Under the pieces are notes generated by a model, which saw only the letters and a list, made by a program, of their open reading frames with translations, searched no databases and was not told the origin of the DNA. Below, in pieces: positions 1 through 13,160 of a stretch of 43,126 nt of DNA. The stretch is taken from contig NC_068993.1 of assembly GCF_001194135.2 (NCBI RefSeq), positions 13,850,361 through 13,893,486 of the forward strand, given 5' to 3'. Source of the stretch: Octopus bimaculoides (Eukaryota). Numbering within the stretch: position 1 is the stretch's first letter; the number at the start of each line of letters is the position of its first letter. Both the position numbers and the translations under genes were made by a program.

Positions 1-16
1 ATATATATACTAGATA

Positions 17-160
17 TTGGTGTACTTACGTCTCCCTAACTCACCGATTTGGCAAAAGAATCCGATGGAATAAGTACCAGTCTCACAAAGAATAAGCCCA
101 GGGGTCGATATCGTCGACTACAAGGCAGTGCTCCAGCATGGCCACAGTCAAAGTGGTTGA
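17..160 (+). mobile_element. 3' portion of a tRNA-derived SINE (family B; body continues the 20955-21265 copy)
   Basis: Its start (ttggtgtacttacgtctccctaactcacc) overlaps the end of the 20955-21265 copy (tgatgtgtttacgtccccgaaacatagc). The following ggcaaaag..aataagtacc..ggggtcgat..gctccagcatggccacagtcaaa matches an abundant octopus SINE 3' end as I recall it. Confidence 0.7.
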
Positions 161-309
161 AACATGTATACGCATATATGTATGTGTGTGCGTATTGCGT
201 GTGTATATATGTATGCATATGCTTCTGTGGGTGTGTGCGTGTATGCCTATATGTATATGTATGTATGTATCCATGTATGTATGTATTTATGTATGCAAAT
301 ATGGTCTCT

Positions 310-900
310 TTATTTTTCATTATATGACGCTCCTTGTAAGACATCAACTTTCCACCATTTCGAATGAAGTCTTACATATACTTATGCTGTTCCTCTTACG
401 GATGTTATTTGCAAAGTTCGTTGGTTTATTTCTTACCCAAAAATCTCTAGCTATTCTGCTATTCTCGATAAATCAATTAGGCATTTACTTACAAAAGCAA
501 GTGCCACAATTCTAATGACTATAAATGTAACTTCATGATCTGGGTATAAAAGCTGGAAATTGCGAACCAGTTGTCCTGCTTTATCCCTCCTCTCTTTGAT
601 TTTCAACGAGATATTCATATCAGCTTCGCATCTGAGGTCTATGGTGGAACATATACATTTTACAGGGCAATAGAAGTTTAGATGCGAATGTTTCAACACA
701 TTGTTTCGATGCTTATATATATTTCCAATAACTGGAGATGGAAAGATTTTATATTGACGCCAACGATGTCTTGTTTCCAGATGGCATCCTATTTCGTTTT
801 CGCGATAAGTCATATCACATTCGAAAGTACTAACTTGATAGCATTTTTAGACAGCTTCTGATCACATGTCTAATTTCTACCTCTGAAATGTGATATAATG
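310..900 (-). mobile_element. Decayed 3' end of an RLE (restriction-like endonuclease) non-LTR retrotransposon
   Basis: Minus-strand translation gives HVIRSCLKMLSS (zinc-knuckle remnant), then IDLRCEADMNISLKIKERRDKAGQLVRNFQLLYPDHEVTFIVIRIVALAFVSKCL, then RTLQITSVRGTA. This fits the D..A D.N...K...K..KY..L...L..L Y.....F..I..GALG pattern of RLE C-termini (R2/R4/NeSL-type clades). Stops and frameshifts are present. Confidence 0.7.
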
Positions 901-1374
901 AACATTTTTAATAACATTTGCAGCTGCAAGAAAATCGTCAGGGTGGTACATAAACATACATTTTACTACAGGGTCTCCCTCGTAAATATCACATATCAAT
1001 AATATTGAATGTTGGCGGATCTAAGTAGATTTTCAAATTCTTACTTGAGTTTTTAAGTATGTTTAAGTATGTATCGGAAATATATGTGTAGGCTTCTTTC
1101 TCTGTGTCTAGCTTAGGAGAGATAATGTAAACATCTTACGGTTTATTATCCTTAGATGTTTCAGTCGGAGATTCACCATCGAATACTTACTAAACATGTT
1201 AACTATATTTAGATCGAATACATGTAGGTCAATTCATACTGTAGTAATCCGCCGGTGTTTAGTTTTTATACTGAAGAGATTTGAAAAAAAATCACGAAGG
1301 CAACATTTCACTCGTATTTCTAAATATATGTAATTATTTTATTATTGTATTATAGGGCCCGTTTTCAAATGCTT

Positions 1375-1405
<31 letters not shown>

Positions 1406-1464
1406 NNNNNNNNNNNNNNNNNNNNNNNNNNNNNNNNNNNNNNNNNNNNNNNNNNNNNNNNNNN

Positions 1465-1498
<34 letters not shown>

Positions 1499-2372
1499 AA
1501 ATTGCAATGCAGATGACTGATTATGGAGCTTCTGAGATCGAAGAAGTCATGCAGCAACTGGCAATCTAGCCCAAATTCTTTCAAAATTATGGATTTCGCC
1601 ACGGTCACCTGATTGTTAAGTGTTTGAGTTAATCCGACTGATAGGGTAATTCTAGCTGTCAAGTACATGTAGGCCTTTGAACTCAGAACCAATTAGAACA
1701 AGCAGCTCGTACCAGTTTTCTAAAGTGGATATAGTTTTTTTTATCTACACCTAAACCAAGAAAGACAAACTTGACTTCGAGGGGAGGTGAATATTGGCGA
1801 GAATCAGAATAAGTATAGCAAAACAATCAGATCAACCCTCTAATCATTTTGTAAGATCTCTGGCGAAAATAGAAGACATTGATAATCTTAGGGGGAGATC
1901 TCATAAGAAAACTTTCAATATTTCAAACCATTAGACAATAAAACGTGTTTTAAACCGAGAGTTAGAGTAAATTCAAAACTGCGAACGATTGAACTTTATG
2001 TGGCAGGCTTCCTCACAGTTGTATACTGTTGTAGATGTTTGATATAATCCAATGTACTGGTAAAAAATACTGTTTAATGATCCGCGCTAGAGATTGATCA
2101 CTAAACGCAAAGAAAAAAAATAACGGCAAGGGAGATTTCGAAAAGAAGTTATTAACTACATTATTATGCATGCATATAGGCATTACTTTTTTAAGTCTGT
2201 CGGTATATATTTTAGAATTTGCGGGTAAGAGTTATATCACGTTGATAATCAGGTGATGTTCAAACTTAGATGAACGCCAAAATATTTGACTTGCAACCGC
2301 TGATTAGAAACATTTTGAAAGGTCACTGATTCTAATGCTCTCCTCTTTTCATTCTCCTTTTCTTCTCCTCTT

Positions 2373-2519
2373 CTAAGTATCATCTCCTTCTGTTTCGTTG
2401 GTTTCCATCTTCTCCTCTACCACCTCTTTGACCTCTCGTCTCTTCCTATGTTCTTCCGTTTCAACTTCCTCTTCTTCAGCTGACTCTTTCTCATCGTTTA
2501 TTACATCTTCCGTTTCCTC
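2373..2519 (-). CDS. Candidate acidic C-terminal coding segment EETEDVINDEKESAEEEEVETEEHRKRREVKEVVEEKMETNETEGDDT*
   Basis: 48 codons, 23 of them E/D, with GAA/GAG held in one frame. Preceded by a weak acceptor (ggcttag|GAG) and ends in TAG. Could also be purine-rich low-complexity DNA. Confidence 0.3.
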   Translation of the reverse strand, partial: EETEDVINDEKESAEEEEVETEEHRKRREVKEVVEEKMETNETEGDDT

Positions 2520-2531
2520 CTAAGCCACTTA

Positions 2532-2585
2532 TTACACGGTCGTATTTTTAGCTGCAAGACCGACATATATAAATATGAATGGTAT
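2532..2585 (-). CDS. Candidate terminal coding exon, reading IPFIFIYVGLAAKNTTV* in phase 0; product unknown
   Basis: Strong acceptor on the minus strand (cttccatcctttcccgttttccacag|ATA, AG at 2587-2586). 17 codons are followed by a double stop TAA TAA. No homology recognised. Confidence 0.25.
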   Translation of the reverse strand: MPFIFIYVGLAAKNTTV

Positions 2586-3120
2586 CTGTGGAAAACGGGA
2601 AAGGATGGAAGCAACATATAACTGGTATTTAATTCCTAAAACTTCTCTTCAGCGGGTATCTGCCAAACTTGCTACAGTTTGACTGAATCTAGAATAATGA
2701 AGTTTTCAAGCCAACATAACTAATTTCGAGCCCAACCTCTGTAGAATCAGTATACGGATATATATTATTAATTAGAAAATCCAGAATTGGGAGATGCTGT
2801 ACCGTGCTACTAATAACTGACAATGATTCTAAGAGTAAACGTGTCGATAAACTAACTACTCAGGGATTTCACACACTGTTTCAAATAGTATGCCATTGAG
2901 TTCACTGAATATCTCCATCCAATTCCTTTAACTGTAACGAGGATCATTTTATTTGTTAACAAACTTTATATACCAAATATGCACAGAAATGTAGGCGGTT
3001 TTATATTAAGCAGAACTAATTCTATAATGACGCGAGATTTAAAAAATCTGGTCAATTCGCCACCTTAAATATTCTTTTCTTCTCTAGTTTGCCACCTTAA
3101 TTATTCATTTTTTCTCTAAG

Positions 3121-3292
3121 CACGAGGCACGAAATTTTGAGGGAGGGGGCCAATCGATCAGATAGACCCCAGCACACAAATGGTACTTAAATTACCGACC
3201 CCGAATATATGAAAGATAATGTCGACCTCGGCTGAATCTGAACTCAGAACGTAAAGACCGACAGAAATACCGCTAAGCATATTGCCCGGCCT
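3121..3292 (-). mobile_element. tRNA-derived SINE, family A (5'-truncated)
   Basis: Reverse complement aligns by eye with 27328-27546 (gccgggcaatatgcttagcggtatttc..acgttctgagttcagattcagccgaggtcgac..ggggtc..taagtacca..ggggtc). B-box-like GAGTTCAGATTC is present. Confidence 0.85.
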
Positions 3293-3573
3293 GATTAAAT
3301 TAGATATATGCTGAGAGACAGAGAAAGTGAGAAAGTAAGAAAGTAAGAAAGAAAGAAAGAGGAAAGAAAGAACGCTTGACCTTTATGCAGAAGAAATAAT
3401 TGTATAGAGGTTAACCGAACGCTGTGTGCATGATGTATCGTACAAACCGTCGTAAATATATGGACATCTGTTTCTCTCATTTTTCATTTCAAAATGAGAA
3501 GTCGGTTACGACTGCTGCGATCTTTGTCATTGCTTGGTTTAATTAAGCCTCTATTTAAACAAGTCAATGAATA

Positions 3574-3577
<4 letters not shown>

Positions 3578-3618
<41 letters not shown>

Positions 3619-3700
3619 ATATATATATATATATATATAAAGATATATATATAAAGATATATATATAAAGATATATATATATATTTATATATTTATATAT
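3578..3700. repeat. (CT)n-(TA)n microsatellite with three copies of a 14-mer (aaagatatatatat)
   Basis: Read directly; 14-mer at 3639-3680. Confidence 0.9.
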
Positions 3701-5711
3701 ACACGTCTTCATAATACCTTGTGTATAGTTATGTGTGTGCGTGTTTGTATATGGTGTGTATGTGTGCGTATGTATATCACGATATAGTCATCGGTTAAAT
3801 CTGTCTAGGATGACAGACGTCATGCTCACAGCAAGAGTACCTTTGTTTGCGAATGTATCTAAACATGAGTGACCTGGGAATAACTCGAAAAAAGATCACT
3901 CGCCTATGTATATATATATGTATATATATATATATATATATATNNNNNNNNNNNNNNNNNNNNNNNNNNNNNNNNNNNNNNNNNNNNNNNNNNNNNNNNN
4001 NNNNNNNNNNNNNNNNNNNNNNNNNNNNNNNNNNNNNNNNNNNNNNNNNNNNNNNNNNNNNNNNNNNNNNNNNNNNNNNNNNNNNNNNNNNNNNNNNNNN
4101 NNNNNNNNNNNNNNNNNNNNNNNNNNNNNNNNNNNNNNNNNNNNNNNNNNNNNNNNNNNNNNNNNNNNNNNNNNNNNNNNNNNNNNNNNNNNNNNNNNNN
4201 NNNNNNNNNNNNNNNNNNNNNNNNNNNNNNNNNNNNNNNNNNNNNNNNNNNNNNNNNNNNNNNNNNNNNNNNNNNNNNNNNNNNNNNNNNNNNNNNNNNN
4301 NNNNNNNNNNNNNNNNNNNNNNNNNNNNNNNNNNNNNNNNNNNNNNNNNNNNNNNNNNNNNNNNNNNNNNNNNNNNNNNNNNNNNNNNNNNNNNNNNNNN
4401 NNNNNNNNNNNNNNNNNNNNNNNNNNNNNNNNNNNNNNNNNNNNNNNNNNNNNNNNNNNNNNNNNNNNNNNNNNNNNNNNNNNNNNNNNNNNNNNNNNNN
4501 NNNNNNNNNNNNNNNNNNNNNNNNNNNNNNNNNNNNNNNNNNNNNNNNNNNNNNNNNNNNNNNNNNNNNNNNNNNNNNNNNNNNNNNNNNNNNNNNNNNN
4601 NNNNNNNNNNNNNNNNNNNNNNNNNNNNNNNNNNNNNNNNNNNNNNNNNNNNTATATATATATATATACATATATATATACATACATACATACATACATT
4701 TTTTAATAGATATTTGAATAAATGCATAGAGTTGCATATACATGTGTGAGTGTGCGTAAGCTTGTGGACGGGCTGTGTACACTTGCATGTGTAAGAATTT
4801 ATGCAAACATTACTTCTTTAAAATTAAAATTATCTGTCAGCAATAACAAAGAAAACTATTGTCCTTATGTTGAATCACATGAGTTTGGTGTCAATATGAA
4901 AAATGAAAGAACTGTATTAAATACATAACATTTAACATCTCAGATATTAAATAATTGTTTGCATCTGTACAAGTGCTTTTATACATTATTCATCTTATTT
5001 TTGTTGTGGATTTTCTTCATATTCTTGCCGTGGGAGTGCCAAATGTTTCTGCTATTTGTACTGGTTATATCTGAAAGTAGCTTTAGCAGTTTATGTTTGT
5101 ACTGGGACATTTGATACGTACTCGAATAAATAGAAAGACCATATGCTTTTCCTCCCCCCCCCCACCAACAACTACGACAATGGAGATTTCAAATATTAGC
5201 GAAAAAGTAAATCAACTAGGAGATTAACAACAATACTGACACGTAAATACACCAGCTAACACATAACACACCAAAGGATACACATATGTATGAGAGTACA
5301 CACACACACACACGCACACTAACACATGGATTTAGCACACATACACGTTTGTGTGTCTGTTTGTGTCTGCGTCGTTTTCTGTTAGAAGCATCAGAAGATT
5401 ATGGTTAAAGTTTCCAGTGGGATCCACACGTGGAATTGTCAGTATTCCTAGTACCATTCTCTTGAGTATTGGAGAGCATTTTGATAGCAACGACATAAAC
5501 GAAAAAACTGCTGATTCTGTGAAGATAAAAATATAAAAAAATAAACGTAAAATATACTTTGGAAGACTTTCAAAAAAGCTAAAGAAAACGTTTTTTTTTT
5601 TTTTAATTTTGAATGTTGTATGGTTTATTCGTTGTTTCAATTCTAAAACACATCAGTTGAGAATATTCAGTTGCCTTAAAGATAACAAGGAAGAGAATTT
5701 TTAGAAAGATA

Positions 5712-5743
<32 letters not shown>

Positions 5744-6924
5744 AATTAACAAAATGAGATGAAAAATATCCAGGCTGTGAATAGTTAACAGAACATTTAT
5801 AAAGATAATGTCTTACATCTGTTTCCGGGATATTTTATATACCCCTTCATNNNNNNNNNNNNNNNNNNNNNNNNNNNNNNNNNNNNNNNNNNNNNNNNNN
5901 NNNNNNNNNNNNNNNNNNNNNNNNNNNNNNNNNNNNNNNNNNNNNNNNNNNNNNNNNNNNNNNNNNNNNNNNNNNNNNNNNNNNNNNNNNNNNNNNNNNN
6001 NNNNNNNNNNNNNNNNNNNNNNNNNNNNNNNNNNNNNNNNNNNNNNNNNNNNNNNNNNNNNNNNNNNNNNNNNNNNNNNNNNNNNNNNNNNNNNNNNNNN
6101 NNNNNNNNNNNNNNNNNNNNNNNNNNNNNNNNNNNNNNNNNNNNNNNNNNNNNNNNNNNNNNNNNNNNNNNNNNNNNNNNNNNNNNNNNNNNNNNNNNNN
6201 NNNNNNNNNNNNNNNNNNNNNNNNNNNNNNNNNNNNNNNNNNNNNNNNNNNNNNNNNNNNNNNNNNNNNNNNNNNNNNNNNNNNNNNNNNNNNNNNNNNN
6301 NNNNNNNNNNNNNNNNNNNNNNNNNNNNNNNNNNNNNNNNNNNNNNNNNNNNNNNNNNNNNNNNNNNNNNNNNNNNNNNNNNNNNNNNNNNNNNNNNNNN
6401 NNNNNNNNNNNNNNNNNNNNNNNNNNNNNNNNNNNNNNNNNNNNNNNNNNNNNNTATATATATATGCATGTATACATATATATACGTATATATATGTGTG
6501 TTGTTACATCGTAGGAAGATCTCCTTATACCGTTGATAATACTGCTTCAGCTTCATTTCATTTATTCAAACATTTAACTAATCTTTAGTATTATATACGC
6601 GTTTAACTACTCAATCATTCGGTCAATCTATTGAAACGAGCGAACTAGTGGCTAAATAGTGGCAAAAGAATATGTATAACCAAAGCGTGTGTCTATTATT
6701 GAGGTAACCAACGTCCCAAAAATACAACAAAATATGTTTCAACATCTAATTTTGCATTAAGTAATCTGCAATTCAAGTGCAAAAGCAAAATAGTTATAGA
6801 CATATATGTGTGCAGAGCATGCGCACATATATACAAAGTCAAAACCATTCACCGATATAAAGGTACGTGCATATAGAATATGTGTATGTATATAATCACA
6901 TACAAACACAGAATACACTCACCA

Positions 6925-7025
6925 ACCTACGCACCTACTACACTACCTACCTACCTACCTACCTACATACATACATACATACATACATACATACATACAT
7001 ACATACATAGATACATACATCCTTA
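6925..7025. repeat. (CTAC)n-(ATAC)n tetranucleotide microsatellite
   Basis: Read directly. Confidence 0.95.
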
Positions 7026-8691
7026 TACACATACATATATTCACGCTCACACACAGACACACAAAGACATACACACACGTATGTCAATCGTAAATATCTG
7101 ACAGTTAAGAAATTTGAAGAATGTCGTAGCAATAAACGCCAAAATAGGCTAGTGTAGGCATTCTCAAAATGATCGTATTTGAGTGGCTGAATAATTCTGG
7201 AAAATGTAAGCTAAAAATTTATCCTTCTCTTCTAACAACTCGAACCCGGAAGATTAATGATTACCCCTGCAAATGCCATGGAAAAATCCTTACGGACTAA
7301 TGAGGTTAGACCTTATCAAGGTTGATGTGGCTAGAGTACGACTAGCAGTACGAGATAACCACCTCTGAACAGAGTACCAGTCAACCGCGAGATTTGCCAG
7401 GTGCCACCATTTTTCATTACAGAATGTGTGGAAGGATGAATTTATTTCAACTGTTTGTTCCGCACCTTTAAGTTGTAACTTGAAACCTCGCGTAGTTGGT
7501 CATTACTTTATGCCTTTCCTTTTTGCTAATATAATGCACGATTTAGGAACGTTTGTTCGTTATAAGCGACTGACTCTTCATACAAAAACCTGTGTTTGCG
7601 CTCACGCAAGGAATGGGTATTCCTTCAATGAAATGAAACGCAGAAATTATTGTTAGTGGGGAGCTATAGGTCAACTTTGATATTGCACACCTAAGCGGGA
7701 AGGCATTCCAGATATTGTCAGTGGAACTTTTCATGACTTTTCAAGACTTCATTATCTTTCACCGATTTAGGTGTGATGTGAAGGAGATTTATTTTGTTTG
7801 TAACGATACAGTGTGTGTGATGGAGACATGTCTTGTTATCTATAAGAAATAGACAAGCCAGATAGTCGTCCTTTTGTTTGCTTGAGATGTTAGATAGCTT
7901 CACTAGATCGCTCGCGCTCTTTATCTTCTTATATCGATCAAACATTCAGAGTAGAGATATTAACACATTTTAGTGTTTGTATCAAATGAGTTATCACGCT
8001 GACCGACAAAATTAAGGACAATATAATAGATTTTATATATTATAATTTTATGCATTATAAAATCTATTATGTATATAATGGTTTAGGAATCGAAACTCCT
8101 GTAGTCTTTCTGCATATACTCTCGTCTTCGTCTTATTAGAAGACACAGAGAATAACATAGATGTCATGTCATCTTTGAAATTGTAACCATTTTGCTAAAT
8201 AGTCGGCTCTCCTATTTATCGGTGCGGATACAGTAGTACATATAAAATATTTCTGTAAATAACTGATTTCAATATCTATACACACGCTTTTGCATAGGTT
8301 GTATACTCCACTTTGATCTTAGCCAAAATGCCTTGTATACTCAAAGCTTGGAAAGACGTCACAGTTAACCGTGATGCACAGACGTTTACTAAATTAAATT
8401 TACATGTACACCATAATGCGTTGCCACATTTATATTGTCAATCCACGTCATACACGGCCAGTTACGAAACAATGGCTTGCAGATTGAAATGAGAGTGTAA
8501 AAATGAAGCGAGCAAGTGCATAATTCCTCGTTGGCAAATACATTACTACGTAGTCACTACACATAGATCTCAAGAGTCTGCGCAAGTAGATTGGAGCTAG
8601 CACGTCGTTAGAACCAGGGGCGTATATTCCGGCAGTGCTAGGTGTGCGCTGACTACCCATCGAAATTGGCAAATTCATTATAAATGTTAAA

Positions 8692-9080
8692 CTTGTTGCT
8701 GTTGGCACTCCGTCGCTTACGACGTTGAGGGTTCCAGTTGATCCGATCAACGGAACAGCCTGCTCCTGAAATTAACGTGCAAGTGGCTGAGCACCCCACA
8801 GACACGTGTACCCTTAACGTAGTTCTCGCGGATATTCAGCGTGACACAGTGTGACAAGGCTGACCCTTTGAATTACTGGCACAACAGAAACAAGAAGTAA
8901 GAGTGAGAGAAAGTTGTGGAGAAAGAGTATAGCAGGGTTCGCCACCAACTCCTGCCGGAGCCTCGGGGAGCTTTAGGTGCTTTCGTTTAATAAACACTCA
9001 CAATGCTCGTTCTGGGAATCGAAATCGCGATCCTATGACCGCGAGTCCGCTGCCCTAACCACTTGGACATTGCGCCTCCA
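8692..9080 (-). mobile_element. Near full-length tRNA-derived SINE, family C
   Basis: Minus strand begins tggaggcgcaatgtccaagtggttagggcagcggactcgcgg..gatttcgattccc (A-box- and B-box-like). The body is homologous to 38531-38803, and it ends in a caacagcaacaa tail. Confidence 0.9.
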
Positions 9081-9656
9081 AATGTTAAACTTACTCATTA
9101 ATTTAATCACAAATCTTAATGGAAAACCTTTGTTATACCTCTGCTTGAAATTTAGTGACATTAGGGTTGCAGCTTACACAATACAACCACCACCATACAT
9201 TACACATGATATATCACTTATTCCAATTTGGAATCTGGGATTTCGAGTGCGCTTGTTCTCTGATTCGGAAGAATGCATATATTTGTGTTCATACAGCCTG
9301 GCAACTGTGTACGTGTATTTTCTGTTTTGGTCTTCTCAATTATATCTGAATGCATGGTATATTAATGAGGAGAGATATCATAATTTTCAGTGCACAGTGT
9401 CTTTAGTATTAAGGGTGAGAAGTAGATTCTGATGATGAATTGGGAAGGTAACAATAATATGTTTACAGGGACGGTGATTTTGAGACACATATGTGAGCAT
9501 GCCCAGTAACTGAATGACGCATGTGACTTTCTTTAATTACTTTAATATCATGATGATTCTTAGGGATTTTGCAAAGTTGCATCATTATAAACTAAAAACA
9601 GCGGTAGTTTCAGTATGTATGCATCAATGTATGTATTAAGTATCTAGAGAAAGACA

Positions 9657-9692
<36 letters not shown>

Positions 9693-10205
9693 NNNNNNNN
9701 NNNNNNNNNNNNNNNNNNNNNNNNNNNNNNNNNNNNNNNNNNNNNNNNNNNNNNNNNNNNNNNNNNNNNNNNNNNNNNNNNNNNNNNNNNNNNNNNNNNN
9801 NNNNNNNNNNNNNNNNNNNNNNNNNNNNNNNNNNNNNNNNNNNNNNNNNNNNNNNNNNNNNNNNNNNNNNNNNNNNNNNNNNNNNNNNNNNNNNNNNNNN
9901 NNNNNNNNNNNNNNNNNNNNNNNNNNNNNNNNNNNNNNNNNNNNNNNNNNNNNNNNNNNNNNNNNNNNNNNNNNNNNNNNNNNNNNNNNNNNNNNNNNNN
10001 NNNNNNNNNNNNNNNNNNNNNNNNNNNNNNNNNNNNNNNNNNNNNNNNNNNNNNNNNNNNNNNNNNNNNNNNNNNNNNNNNNNNNNNNNNNNNNNNTATA
10101 TATATATATATTTGTATCCGTGGGTGTGTGTAAGTACACAGATATGTATACATATATATATATACACACATATATATATATATATATATATGTATGTTTG
10201 TGTAT

Positions 10206-10252
<47 letters not shown>

Positions 10253-10838
10253 CACTCCCAGCTTTTTTGTGGGAAAGGGAACATTTCATGCTAGTATTTT
10301 TACTGTTCCTATACGCAAGATTGTGACCCAATAAAAACTTTTACGCTTGTGTGTTGGTTTCCAGCAAGTGGTTGTTTATTCTCGATACCACTAGGGAATA
10401 ACGTCTAAACATTGGCGAATGTCTATGCCGCAATACACTGCTGTTGTTGGTGGGAGCATTTCTGATTGTTTGTGTATTTATCTTGTCAAATCAATTCAGT
10501 GTACTGTACAGAAAAATGCCCTGACTAAGGAATATATGTATGTCATAGAAACTTTTCACAACGTCCATCATATCTGCTTTTTTATTCATTCTAATTTCCA
10601 TGCTTATATTTTTGATGCGTGGCATTTACGTTTGTGCTCACCGCGTTGACCAGATTTAATCAACGGTGTGGCTTATAAGATGCATAATTAAGTTGTATGG
10701 TTGAGATTTTGTTTGTGCTGCAGCGTATACGTTTAACGACTATCCTTCCTTGAATTCTATGAGCAATAATTATATTTTTATATGGGATTGGCTGCATATA
10801 CTTTATAAATCATCAATGTATAAATTATGAAGATAACA

Positions 10839-11326
10839 CAGTAATCCCTCGATTATCACAGGTGTTACGTTCCAACTCTGGCTGCAATAGGTGAAAATCC
10901 TCGAAGTAGAAGCAATACTGTATATTATTATTATTATTTTTATAATTTGCATATAACTATTTTTATTATAAATGCAAAACACACACCACACACTAGCCTC
11001 ACGAGTTTCGTTTCTCTACAGTATGTGAGATTCTTCCTTTACTCATCTACGGTACACTACGTATTTTCATTTAATATAACTTAAATAATGTATTATACAG
11101 GGCAGTGCTGAACTGTATATTTAATTATTCATTAATTTCTTAGGCGTGAGAATGCTTATTTTACCACAGAAATATTTAAAATCAAACAAAATATAAATAC
11201 GTATCGGCCGCAGAAATCCGTGATATACTGAGGAGTCTGCAATATAAATTTACATATATTAGCCAGAAAATTCCGCGATGTACAGAGGGCGCGATAGGTG
11301 AACCGCAATACGGCGAGTGATTATTG
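10839..11326. mobile_element. pogo/Tigger-type MITE (488 bp)
   Basis: TIRs cagtaatccctcg (10839-10851) and cgagtgattattg (11314-11326) match at 11 of 13 positions. The right end is followed by TA and the left is preceded by CA. Subterminal 'gataggtgaa' motifs lie near both ends, and the interior is AT-rich and non-coding. Confidence 0.8.
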
Positions 11327-12959
11327 TATAAAAAGCAGCTGGGAAAAGACGGAGAAATTAAATCAAAAATATGTTAAGATTATATTATTCTCTGTCGTAT
11401 GTTTTGCTGATCTGGAAGGAGTACCGGTCTAATGTTTTACGTCACATCTGGAGTTATTTGTATTATTATACTGACATCTTTTCAGTGCATATATGTCGTC
11501 ATTAAATATGCTGGCTAATATTATCTAAAAGTGTTGTTGTTTGATTGGTGGTAGAGTATTTGGTACTGGTATTTATATCAATATTTCGTTTTGGATCCTT
11601 ACCGAATGCTTATACGCCTATTTTCTAGTTGCCTCTTATTTTTGTCTCGTAGATATTTATGGCAACTTTGTACTGTGTTCTGTGCGTTACAAGCCATCCA
11701 TGGTAAATTTCGTTGTTTTTTTCCTATCGTGGTTTTATTTGAAATGACAAGAGTATTGAGTTGGCATTGTAATTTCCTTTCTTGGATTATTGATAGAAGA
11801 CTGCCGTGTGTACTGATTAAATTTTACACTTCCTTGAAATAATGTTTTAGAGAAATCGTGTTGTATTTTGGTATTTCCTCTTTTATGTGTAATGTTTTGT
11901 TGTGATTCGTTGTAAGTTTGCGTGAGGTTTCGGATTTGTTTTGCTTGCTTGAATTCGTGTGAGTTTTGTGCTTGATTAAATCTACCTATACGAGTTTCAT
12001 GCTGTGCATATGGTGTGGATTTGTCCACGTAAAATTATTTTCTCGCTAGGCGTTTATTTTTGTAAGATCCGCATTTCTAACAGTTTATCCTTCAGTCGGT
12101 GTTCCATTAGTGACCACATATTCGTTTTTTTTCTGCTATAGTGATTTTGAAATTATATTATTCAATATAATTCTTTTCCAACACAAACTGCAGGTGCAAT
12201 TTTTAGGTATATTTAGCTCTTACTAAACCAACGACCGTGTGTAGTTACAATTGTAAGTATAATTTTTTCTATAACTGTCATATCCCAGTGAACAAGTGCC
12301 ATCTTATTTTCTAAAGACGCTAGAGGTACTTTGAGGGATATGTTAGATCTGTTTCAAGCAGGGTGAGAGTCGTAGAGGATTGACACGTATTAATAGGAAC
12401 TGATAGAATGGAAAAAAAAAATTATTGTGCATAACTGACTGACTTGCTATATAGAATTAAGATTCTCCAGACACTAATTTCATATCCTATCGGAATCATC
12501 TTTAATGTTATTACACCGCAAATGGATGAATTGATGTACTGTTCTTAAGTTCTACGGAATTCAATATTGCATAACACTTCCTTCCGAATGTGTGGCCTTG
12601 TACAAATGGAATACATTTTTAAACCATTTATGTCTGCATTTATATGACTGTTGCGTGATGTTATCTTTTTTCCAAAACGACAAGACTCATAAAATATATA
12701 GAAAAGACATATGTAAAAAAAATAAATTAAGTTTATAGACTTAATATACAACGATATATATGATGCTGACGTATATAGTTGTCAGAAGGGTGGAAAATGA
12801 TATCGAAAATCCCTTCCATTTTAGAAAATGTGTAATACATAGATTGATCCGTAAATAGATAAATGTATAGATTGATAAATGTATAAAGAGAAGGATAGAG
12901 AGACAGACGGACAGGCTGAAAGATAGATAGATAGAGAGTTGGGGTTAGATTTGTAATAG

Positions 12960-13160
<201 letters not shown>

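Noticed and set aside
11735-12028. 97-codon minus-strand ORF in an A/C-skewed region
   Set aside because: Bounded by stops, no ATG or acceptor, and no recognisable homology; the skew suppresses stops.
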